From Lytechinus pictus (Eukaryota): a DNA stretch of 64,000 nucleotides. The number at the start of each line of letters is the position of its first letter. Position 1 is the first letter of the stretch. The stretch is from the NCBI RefSeq assembly GCF_037042905.1, contig NC_087251.1, positions 48,362,001 through 48,426,000 on the forward strand, read 5' to 3'. Under the pieces are notes generated by a model. It was not told the origin of the DNA. It saw nothing but the letters and a program-made list of their open reading frames with translations, and searched no databases. The position numbers were made by a program, and so were the translations under genes. Shown here one piece after another: positions 40,621 to 51,761 of the stretch.

Positions 40621-43600
40621 CAAGGCTCGACATTAGCGGTGGCCCGGTGGCCCGGGGCCACCAAAAATTCACCTCGGGCAACCATTATTGATAAAATGTT
40701 AAGTTTTGGTGGCCCGAATCGGGCAACCAATAATTTTCAAAGTAGCGCAATTTTTCTCCCAATTTTGCACGCATTTATCAACTTTCTACAGCTCAAATTG
40801 CAAGCCAGTTCGTCATGCGCCCTTTTTGTTGATCTACACACAAATACACACACACAAAGTTTGCATATTAGGCCTACAGCTATAGCATACAGTAGCTATT
40901 ATCCAGCCAGACGCGCCGGCCGGCTGGCGTGAGCTTTGCATGAAGCCACTGCATACAGCTGTGCTCTAGATGTAGCTCAGCCTATTCAGACTCAGGGAGC
41001 TGCGATAAAAAATGTTGCTGCTGAGAAATCTTCCACAGAACTTTGAAAATCTCAGTCAAAGTCACATTTTACACCAATGAAATGCAATTCTACAGTCTAT
41101 ATTACGAAAATCTGGTGTATCCTGATTATTTGCAAGTATTAAGAAGAGGAATTATGACCTCTCTTTTGACTCAAAAAGACCGATTTCCACATTAATTAAT
41201 ACACATAAAACACATAGGCAAGTACATCACAGTCCCACGTGTGCATTTGTATGTATGTTGATACTTGGTTTCTTTCGAAGCTGTGTATTTTCTAGCCAAA
41301 AACAAACGACAGTTTCTTTCTTTCTTGTTTATAAATGACTTCTTAAACCACTCTTGAGAAAGTAAATACTTTGGGAAGGCATTTCATTGATATGAAATGT
41401 GATTTTTTTCCCCAACATTTTGGCAAATATAGGGAAGGACTTTTCTCACACTTTTTTTCCAGATATAATTTTTGCCGTTTCCTTTTTTTTTTTCCTTTCA
41501 TTTTTTTTTACAGTGGTTAAACCATTTATACCCCTTCCCATTGAATATGCCTGATTAAAAAATATGTTTCTACTGAAAATAAAATAATACAAACTAAAGG
41601 ATATAAAAATAAAAATGTGCCATTCCCAAAAAGTAAGTGAAAATTATTTGCTTGGCTTTTAATTATATTCCAGTCAGAATAGACTGTTGCCACAGCTGTT
41701 AAAAAATATATGTAATGGCTTCTTAATTTTCCCCTTTTCCCCATTTTTTGTCTCACCTGCATAGCAGAGTGAGATTATAGGCGCCGCTTTTCCGACGGCG
41801 ACGGCGGCGGCGACGGCGGCGTCAACACCAAATCTTAACCTGAGGTTAAGTTTTTGAAATGACAGCATAACTTAGAAAGTATATGGACCTAGTTCATGAA
41901 ACTTGGCCATAAGGTTAATCAAGTATTACTGAACATCCTGCCTGAGTTTCATGTCACATGACCAAGGTCAAAGGTCATTTAGGGTCAATGAACTTAGACC
42001 ATGTTGGGGGAATCAACATCAAAATCTTAACCTAAGGTTAAGTTTTTGAAATGTCATCATAACTTAGAAAATATATGGACCTAGTTCATGAAACTTATAC
42101 ATAAGGTTAATCAAGTATCACTGAACATCCTGCTTGAGTTTCACATCACATGACCAAGGTCAAAGGTCATTTAGGGTCAATGAAGTTTGGCCGAATTGGG
42201 GGTATCTGTTGAATTACCATCATAACTTTGAAAGTTTATGGATCTGATTCATGAAACTTAGACATAATAACAATCAAGTATTACTGAACATCCTGTGCAA
42301 GTTTCAGGTCACATGATCAAGGTCAAAGGTCATTTAGGGTCAATGAACTTTGGCCAAATTGGGGTATTTGTTGAATTACAGCCATAAATTTGAAAGTGTG
42401 TTGGTCTAGTTCATAAAACTTGGACATAATAGTAATCAAGTATCACTGAACATCCTGTGCGAGTTTCAGGTCACATGATCAAGGTCAAAGGTCATTTAGG
42501 GTCAATGAACTTAGACCATGTTGGGGGAATCAACATCAAAATCTTAACCTAAGGTTAAGTTTTTGAAATGTCATCATAACTTAGAAAATATATGGACCTA
42601 GTTCATGAAACTTATACATAAGGTTAATCAAGTATCACTGAACATCCTGCTTGAGTTTCACATCACATGACCAAGGTCAAAGGTCATTTAGGGTCAATGA
42701 AGTTTGGCCGAATTGGGGGTATCTGTTGAATTACCATCATAACTTTGAAAGTTTATGGATCTGATTCATGAAACTTAGACATAATAACAATCAAGTATTA
42801 CTGAACATCCTGTGCAAGTTTCAGGTCACATGATCAAGGTCAAAGGTCATTTAGGGTCAATGAACTTTGGCCAAATTGGGGTATTTGTTGAATTACAGCC
42901 ATAAATTTGAAAGTGTGTTGGTCTAGTTCATAAAACTTGGACATAATAGTAATCAAGTATCACTGAACATCCTGTGCGAGTTTCAGGTCACATGATCAAG
43001 GTCAAAGGTCATTTAGGGTCAATGAACTTAGACCATGTTGGGGGAATCAACATCAAAATCTTAACCTAAGGTTAAGTTTTTGAAATGTCATCATAACTTA
43101 GAAAATATATGGACCTAGTTCATGAAACTTATACATAAGGTTAATCAAGTATCACTGAACATCCTGCTTGAGTTTCACATCACATGACCAAGGTCAAAGG
43201 TCATTTAGGGTCAATGAAGTTTGGCCGAATTGGGGGTATCTGTTGAATTACCATCATAACTTTGAAAGTTTATGGATCTGATTCATGAAACTTGGACATA
43301 ATAACAATCAAGTATTACTGAACATCCTGTGCAAGTTTCAGGTCACATGATCAAGGTCAAAGGTCATTTAGGGTCAATGAACTTTGGCCAAATTGGGGTA
43401 TTTGTTGAATTACAGCCATAAATTTGAAAGTGTGTTGGTCTAGTTCATAAAACTTGGACATAATAGTAATCAAGTATCACTGAACATCCTGTGCGAGTTT
43501 CAGGTCACATGATCAAGGTCAAAGGTCATGTAAGGTCAAAGAACTTTGGCCACGTTGGGGGTATTTGTTGAATTGCCATCATATCTCTATAAGTGTATTG

Positions 43601-44485
43601 GTCTAGTTCATAAAACGTGGAAATAAGAGTAACCAAGTATCACTGAACATCTTGTGCGAGTTATAGTAGTTTTCAAAATCAGCACTGCTGCTATATTGGA
43701 TCGCGTGATGCAGGTGAGACGGCCAGAGGCATTCCACTTGTTTATTAACTTTGTTTTATTAGTTTTTCTTTCATTTTCTTTTCTTTTTTCTCTCTAATTT
43801 TTTTCTTTTCTTTTTTTTCCCTGTTCCCTGTTCTTTGTTTTTTCTTTCTTCATTTTCTTTCTTTTGTTTTATTTCACTAATTTCTTTTATTATTTTTGTT
43901 TTCTTTTTGTAATATACTTTTTGAAAATTATTTTCGTTTGTTTCCCCCTTTTATGCATTGTTCTAATTTTGCAGCATATTTTTCTGTGATTTTCTCCTTC
44001 TATAATATGCTGCAAAAGAGAAAACAGAAATAAACTGGATTTGGGGCATGCATATTCTAGGTTTTAGGATTCAAAGAGGAAGGAAGGAAAAACCATTGTT
44101 TTGTACATCTATCTGAATTTGCTATGCACTATTTATTTACTTTACCATTATCTCTATACAGAGATTTTAAAAAAAGTCCACACAACCTGCGAACAATACA
44201 ATTAATTTATTCTCTTTCAATCATTTCATTTTTACAACGATAGAAACATTTATCAATTAGCAAAGTAAAATAACAGCAAACAAGGTTTACATGTATAAAG
44301 TAAAAGTAACATAGTGGTAGTGGCTGCAGAATTAATATTTCAGAAGTTTGTTTTATTCATTTTTAATGTTTTTCTTTATATTTTTCGGGCCACCAAACTT
44401 TAATATCGGGCCACCAAAAAATTTTTTTTGATGGTTTTGGTGGCCCGAACGGGCCACCACCAAAAAAAGTTAATGTGGAGCCTTG
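40621..44485. mobile_element. hAT/P-like non-autonomous element nested in 37015-45178
   Basis: TIR CAAGGCTCGACATTA / TAATGTGGAGCCTTG; GGGCCACCA subterminal repeats at both ends; flanking duplication ATATAGG. Confidence 0.7.
41745..43742 (+). mobile_element. HINE family B element with ~10 tandem monomers of 162-192 bp
   Basis: Subterminal inverted repeats GTCTCACCTGCAT / ATGCAGGTGAGAC, (GACGGC/GGC)n microsatellite, central array; same layout as family A with a different monomer. Confidence 0.75.
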
Positions 44486-45606
44486 ATATAGGGATCAACT
44501 TTTTTTTTAAACATATTAATCAGTTGCCATGGCAACGGCGGAAGGAGGCATTTATGAAACTGGCAACAAGCGGATTCATGTTCAGCACCATCAAAATAGA
44601 GGAAATGACACAAAAAATCAGATTCTAAAGAAAAGTCTACTTGAAAAATTATGACAATTCCGTTTAGGCCCTATATACTCTTACAATGATTATCATACAC
44701 AATCAGGGTGAGCGGAGTTAGGGCAGGCTGCTATCTCAAGGTATGCCCTCGCTAATTCATTCACACAACAAATATTCATTCTAGAAAAAATTGTCATGAC
44801 GACATATCAGGACCTCCCGCACCTGCGACTCTCACATTTTCATTCATCATATAAGAATATAACATTTTTCACTGTTTTTAGGAGTTTTTAAAGTGATTGA
44901 AAAAAAAACGTAATTTGGTGCAGTTGCGGTACAGTTGATCGAAGTTCAAACAGTTATCGGGTTACTTTACATTTAAAGCAGTATTTCACGATGATTAATT
45001 AAGGGATTGATTTTATTTTTCCACACTTTGTTTTTTCATGTAATGGTCTCCTCTTGGGTGCTTAATTATGCGAGTATACTAAACAATAAGGAATTTGGGA
45101 CGAATTTAAAATGATAATCATAATAAGCAGCGTGCGCATCGCGCTTGTGAGGGTGAGCGAGAATTGGGCAGCGTACGGTACATCCAACACAAAAAATCAA
45201 ACTCAAAGTCAAACCAAGGCCAAGGGCAAGGCTTCACCATTTAAAAAAAAAATAAATAATAATTTTTCTGCTCTTGAATAAACTTAATTTAACTCAGTCT
45301 CAGGGACAGGGTGAACTTCCCTTTAAGTACGTGAAGATTCTATGACTAGATCATAGATCAAATGGAAGTTAAAACTTCAATTTGGGGTAGGCCCTATAAG
45401 AAATTAATTAATACTTATCGACGTCAAGTCTGCTAGTTAGCTACATCTGGCAATTTAGCTCCTTTGCAATTTGAATACATTTGACACGGAACCGTGATTC
45501 CTGTATTTGAGATGTGTGCATTCGAATCGCACACGCTGGAATACGATATTTCTACCTCGAACTATGATCTACGATCTAGTAAAGCAAGAAATAAACGGTA
45601 TCTTAC

Positions 45607-46153
45607 CATTATTTGCGTTGAATTTTTGCAGTGAGCTCGGCTTGCAGTCTCAAAGAAAAATATACGGGTTCACAAATATTTAGGCACATGTACTATCTAA
45701 TAATGATTGTGGATTGGCGGCGGAAGTCGGGAGGAGATGGAGGCTGCTCAAGTCAAGGGAACCCGACTGGGTCGCTCGCTATCGCGGAGCGTTTGTAGCT
45801 AGTCGCGGATAATATTGGATTACAGCCAATTTGATTTTTTTGAATATAATAATGATTCCATCATAATTTCTATAAGATATATATTTTATTAATGAAAAAA
45901 AAATTAATTTTTTGAAAATGAATATATAATAATAAGACTAAATACATTCCTAAAGTATTTTTTCTGCAAAAAATATTTGTTCTCGTTTTAATAAATATTG
46001 TCCATTACTATACCGTAAGTACTAAGTAAACTGATCGAATTTCGGCGGTTACTTCACCACGCGGGGGCGTGACCTTATGCGTTGTGATTGGAATCCATCC
46101 ATAATTGCATTGCCATTGTTTGGACCCCCAATTCCCTCTCACTCAGTCTCAGA
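45607..46153. promoter_or_regulatory. Putative bidirectional promoter and non-coding first exon of the minus-strand LRR gene
   Basis: Locally CpG-rich non-repeat sequence. Minus-strand donor G|GTAAGA at 45607/45606; ETS-like CGGAAGT at 45721; CCAAT boxes near 45713, 45826 and 46087; YY1-like AATGGCGGC over the PEX6 start codon. Confidence 0.5.
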
Positions 46154-47776
46154 ATGGCGGCTTTTATGAGTTTTCCTGTCACTCGGACCCACGCGAAATT
46201 TTCTCGATTTAACTTTCCTGTAGACCACAATGCTCTCCACCTTGGCATATCTAAGAGTGCATCTAGTAGATTTCTAGGAGATAAACTTGACAATTATGGC
46301 TATGCAATTGTGTCTCTGGTTACTGAACATGAAAGCTCAACTGCAGAGGACAGGGAGCTGTTTGTTTGTTTACAGATTTTAGATGATGCGGTGGTGAAGA
46401 AATCCATCTCACTTTCTCAAGTGTCAGAATGTCCAGATACTGTTACTGTCTATGCAACTGAAATGTTTCATAAACACTACAAAATATTAGATCATGAAGA
46501 CGTCTACATCAGACCCGTCAAATCGTTTCCTCTCGCAAAGGCTGTATTTGGAGCAAGGACAAGCAGATGCTACGAATGGTCAAAGAAGAGGCTTTTTAGT
46601 ACAGGACTCCTTGTGTCGGCATGTCAACAAAAAGTCTTAGTGCGGGCAAACGATAGATTTCTTGCACCTGTTATCCCAGTGTTTAGTGGGGATGAGACGT
46701 ACAGCCTAGCGAACTACATGGATTTGATTGCCTTGGAATGCGAGCCTGTTACGCAAGGGATAATTTCAGTCAACACCTCAATTGTGATCACAGATATTTC
46801 TAGTAGTATTGGCTTCCCAGATGAGACACATATCAGCCCTAGACCAAACAGAATTGACAGAAAAGATGGATCTGAAGACGGAATGGAATCACCTTGTTTT
46901 GAGCTCCCGGAACCTCGCATCATGTCTGATTTTGCCCAAGGACTGCTTGAGATTGAAGACCACCATACAGTACAAAATCAGCACTCTGATTCTGGTACAG
47001 CTGATGACATGTCTCTTTCATCTGGAACTACGATTAACATGAATGGTGAACATCGTACTGCCTCCAGTCTTCTGTTGAGACCAGTGTTGATGCCAACATC
47101 TTCTGCACATCGGAATACCTTTGGAAAAGGGAACAGATCCATTTCTAGTTCATTCATTGGTGACCAATGTGAATTAGCTTATAAGCTTGGTGTGACAAAA
47201 GATACACTCGACAAACTTCATGCGTACAATGGTAGTTGGGTCACAGTAACATTGGCAGAACATCCATCAGAGACGGAAGATGAAACTGTGAGAGCAGACC
47301 TAATCAATACGGACGTTGAACTTGACGAAGCTGCCGTCTCAATACTCGTCCCAAGACCTGGTAATCTGGACCACATTCAAATATCCACCCCTAAAAATTT
47401 GCCTGTGAAATCAGTCTCGTCAAAGCCACCAATGTCTGACCAAACAGCCTCTGATTCACAGAATGATGTCATTGATTCCAAGGAGGACAAAAGAAATGAA
47501 CAAAAGGATGAAAAGACATTGGATCAACCTCTGCTTCCATCTCAAGAAGGTCAACAAAAGCGAGCCCATCTCGCTCAAATCTTTGTTGTCAACCCCAAAC
47601 TCTTCCCAAATGGTGATAAGAGGGGTAGGAGAAGTGGAGCCCATGTTCCTTTTAACTCAAATGAAGTTGAATTTATTGTGGAAAACGATTCAGTGGCGAT
47701 ATCCCCACAGCTTTGGTTCAACATCCAAGATCACCCTTCTCAACTCATACAACCAGATACCATGGTGTCTGTAAAG
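46154..47776 (+). CDS. PEX6: PEX6 exon 1
   Basis: Long ORF from ATGGCGGCT; donor AAG|GTAGTT; 541 codons. Confidence 0.85.
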
Positions 47777-50700
47777 GTAGTTGTTTTATGGTTTGAACCT
47801 TTTAAACTTGATTTTTTTTTTAACCCATGTTGGTTCAGTATCCAATGTGAACTAATGGTATGAAGTACTTGTACTTTTGTAGTTTGTTGAATTCCATATA
47901 GAAAAGGGATTAATTAGCTACTGTATTATTGTCCAGTTTACAAATTTCTTGTTTGGAATGATTTTGAAATTCATGTATTTTCTAATTTTTGTCTCGCCTG
48001 CGTAGCGGAGCGAGACATAGGTATCACTATTTCCGTCGGCGTCGTCGTCAACAATTGTGTTGTACACCCAATAACTTTCTATATCTTCGAGGTGGGACCA
48101 CCAAATTCATACGAGAGGTCCATCTCCTGAAGGCACAGGTCAAGTTCGAATTTGAATAAGGTCAAAGGTCAATGAACTTTCCATGACTGGCACTGTGCTG
48201 TGTTGTACACACAATATCTTTCTATAGCTTCGAGGTGAGATCGCCAGATTCATACCAGAGGTCCATCTGAAGGCACAGGTCAAGTTCGAATATGAGTCGA
48301 ATTTGAATAAGGTCAAAGGTCAATGAACTTTCCATGACTGGCACTGTGCTGTGTTGTACACACAATAACTTTCTATAGCTTCGAGGTGAGATCGCCAAAT
48401 TCATAACAGAGGTCCATCTCTTGAAGGTTCATGTACAGGTCAAGTTCGAATATGAGTCGAATTTGAATAAGGTCAAAGGTCAATGAACTTTCCATAACTG
48501 GCACTGTGCTGTGTTGTACACACAATAACTTTCTATATCTTCGAGGTGGGATCACCAAATTCATACCAGAGGTCCATCTCCTGAAGGCACAGGTCAAGTT
48601 CAAATATGAGTCGAATTTGAATAAGGTCAAAGGTCAATGAACTTTCCACGACTGGCACTGTGCTGTGTTGTACACACAATAACTTTCTATAGCTTCGAGG
48701 TGAGATCGCCAAATTCATAACAGAGGTCCATCTCCTGAAGGTACAGGTCAAGTTCAAATTTGAATAAGGTCAAAGGTCAATGAACTTTCCATGACTGGCA
48801 CTTTGCTGTGTTGTGCACACAATAACTTTCTATATCTTCGAGGAGGGATCACCAAATTCATACCAGAGGTTCATCTCCTGAAGGCACACGTCAAGTTCGA
48901 ATATGAGTCGAATTTTAATAAGGTCAAAGGTCAAAGGTCAATGAAGTTTCCATGACTGGCACTGTGCTGTGTTGTACACACAATAACTTTCTATAGCTTC
49001 GAGTTGAGATCGCCAAATTCATAACAGAGGTCCATCTCTTGAAGGTACAGGTCAAGTTCGAATTTGAATAAGGTAAAAGGTCAATGAACTTTCCATGACT
49101 GGCACTTTGCTATGTTGTGCACACAATAACTTTCTATATCTTTGAGGTGGGATCACCAAATTCATACCAGAGGTCCATCTCCTGAAGGCACAGGTCAAGT
49201 TCGAATATGAGTCGAATTTGAATAAGGTCAAAGGTCAATGAACTTTCCATGACTGGCACTGTGCTGTGTTGTACACACAATAACTTTCTATAGCTTCGAG
49301 GTGGGATCGCCAAACTCGTAACAGAGGTCTATCTAAGTCATATAGCATAGTTTTGACATGCAGTCTCTTCATGACTGCAATATGCAGGCGAGACAACGCT
49401 TGGCGTTTGCCTTGTTCTTAAAACTAGAACCAGTAGTAAAAACAATAACTTTATTCAAATTTTTGTCAACTTTTATTTTTTAGATTTCTAAATTTTCTTT
49501 TTCTCAATTTCATTGTCTCAGTTATCATTTTCCTCCACTGACATCTTTTGATATTCATTTAGCTTGCCACAGATGAACTAGAAGAATACTCTAGTATTCT
49601 AGCCACATCACAGAGTATCACAACAAGCTGCAAACCTCCTATTGCCACTGCTGTTCATCTCTCCCTCATCAAGTCACCACACTATCCAATGACAAGCCAG
49701 TTTGATGATGCAATAAAGAAGTACTTCTCTGTCACAAGGCAAGTCAATCAAAATTCAATACATGCTGGTGATTTACAAGCAAGAAATTTGATGACAACAT
49801 ATCTTGTCATGTTAGCAAAATGGAGTTGTAGATTGCTCAACTCATTTTTGACATTTTACATCTTAGTGAACTAAGTTATTCTGAATTTCATGAATTAGTT
49901 CAACTAATACACAAAACCAGAGCAACTTTCGCAATGTAGGCCTATCTGTATCTGCTTCAGCGATGTACTTGTACACAAGAACGAATGGCCCGTGCTATGG
50001 AGATTACCTTCATAGAGATAATGTAGTCAATCCCATCAGCTTATTACAAACATGTAAATTTGTTGCTTTCACAATATTTTTATTTTCTTAAATGACAAGT
50101 CCACCCCAACAAAAAGTTGATTTAAATAAAAAGAGAAAAATTCAACAAGCGTAACGCTGAAAGTTTCATCAAAATTGGATGTAAAATAAGAGAGTTATGA
50201 CATTTTAAAGTTTCACTTAATTTCACAAAACAGTTATATGCACATCCTGGTTGGTATGCAAATGAGGGGACTGATGACGTCACCCACTCACTATTTATTT
50301 TTGATTCTATTCCAAGAAATATGAAATATTATGATTTTTTCCCGTTTGTCATGTGAAATCGAGCTTTATTCCTCCCTGAACATGTGGAATTAACATTGTT
50401 TAACATTATGTAGTTCAGTCAAGTTTTTCATTATTGTTGATTCTGTAAAAATTGAAATATTGTAAAATTCAAACAATAAAAAACAAAAGAAATAGTGAGT
50501 GATGGACATAATCGATTCTCTCATTTGCATAACACTGAGTTGTGTATACTGTTTTCAGAAAAATAAGCGAAACTTTGAAAATGTCATAACTTATTTTATA
50601 TCCGAGAAGGAAGAAATTTTCAGCGTTACGATTATTAGATTTTTCTGTATGGATTCAAATCAACAATTTTCTGGTGTGGATTTGACCTTTAACCTTGCTA

Positions 50701-51726
50701 GTTATTTTCTATCATTCAATTCTTTACAGGCTGCTATCCAAAGGGGATGTGATCAGCTTCAGCACAAGAGCATTCCCAGAATTCACCCAAGAAGCTGGAG
50801 AAGGGGGAGGTCAACGTCTGCCCAACATTAACTTCCTGGTCAACAAGATAGTTTCACCAGTGGAAAGAGCTTCATCCTACCTTGTCAATGTCTTGCACAC
50901 AACAGTCTATCAGGTTTGTATGAAAGTAATGGGTTGGGGGTATTCATAAAAATATTTGAAATGTTTCAAATACACTGTATAAGCTACTGCAATATTTATA
51001 AGGAAGGCTGAAATGGGTTTTTCTATCACCTTCTGATAGCCACATTAATTTGAAGCTGAAAGATGTTATACAGATTTTGATTATCATACACTCTGTTAAT
51101 GTTCACTTCGGTACAAAGTATAATATTTGTCAAAATTTCATTTTCAATGTAACCATTTTGCATGCTCAAAGAAAAAAAAAGAAAAAAAAGGCAGGCTCGT
51201 TCTGTTTACTTTACATGTACCATATTGAAAAACACAATAACCTCCTATAATATCACGTTTTTGAAATCAATATGTCCATGAAATTGATTTCATATAGTGT
51301 ATAATTTACTTTCAAAATGGTATTTTCTCAAATAATAGGAATGCCTTCTATGAATGTTAGAGGATTCAATAGCTGAGATGACCCAATGCATATGATTCTC
51401 AGTAGTGTATGCACTTGTAAACTTTAAGAGGGTTACTACAACATGTAATGAAGACTTGGTATACTATGACCATGTTAAAACAATGTGCTGTAATCAATAT
51501 TGAAAATTGATCATAAGTTCTGTTTGAATGATATGCTGCCGCCTTTCATTTATGATCCATTGTACTGGGATTCCCTTATCATCATAATACTTGAAATTCA
51601 ACACAAAAGAAAAGATAAGACCTACTAATTACAGAGCTGCCGAGTAGTACGATTATTCCGTATTTAGTACGTTTTTGCAACCAAAATACGGGAGTACGTT
51701 TTTTCTTTAAAAAAATATGTTTTTGG

Positions 51727-51761
<35 letters not shown>

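Larger units (their letters stand above)
37015..45178. mobile_element. 8.2-kb TA-flanked non-coding composite element (Tc1/mariner/pogo-like termini)
   Basis: TA|CCGTACGCTGCCCAAT-TCGCTCA ... TGAGCGA-ATTGGGCAGCGTACGG|TA; subterminal TGCCCTAACTCCGCTC (~37222) is inverted at ~44709; no transposase ORF seen. Confidence 0.7.

Noticed and set aside
41825..43600. Regularly spaced repeats as a possible CRISPR array
   Set aside because: Whole monomers repeat with no unique spacers, the context is eukaryotic, and no cas genes are present.
46088..46153. Upstream TTG start of the 591-aa ORF and its read-through to 47863
   Set aside because: The ATG at 46154 is in good context, and the ORF tail beyond 47776 is intron after a GT donor.
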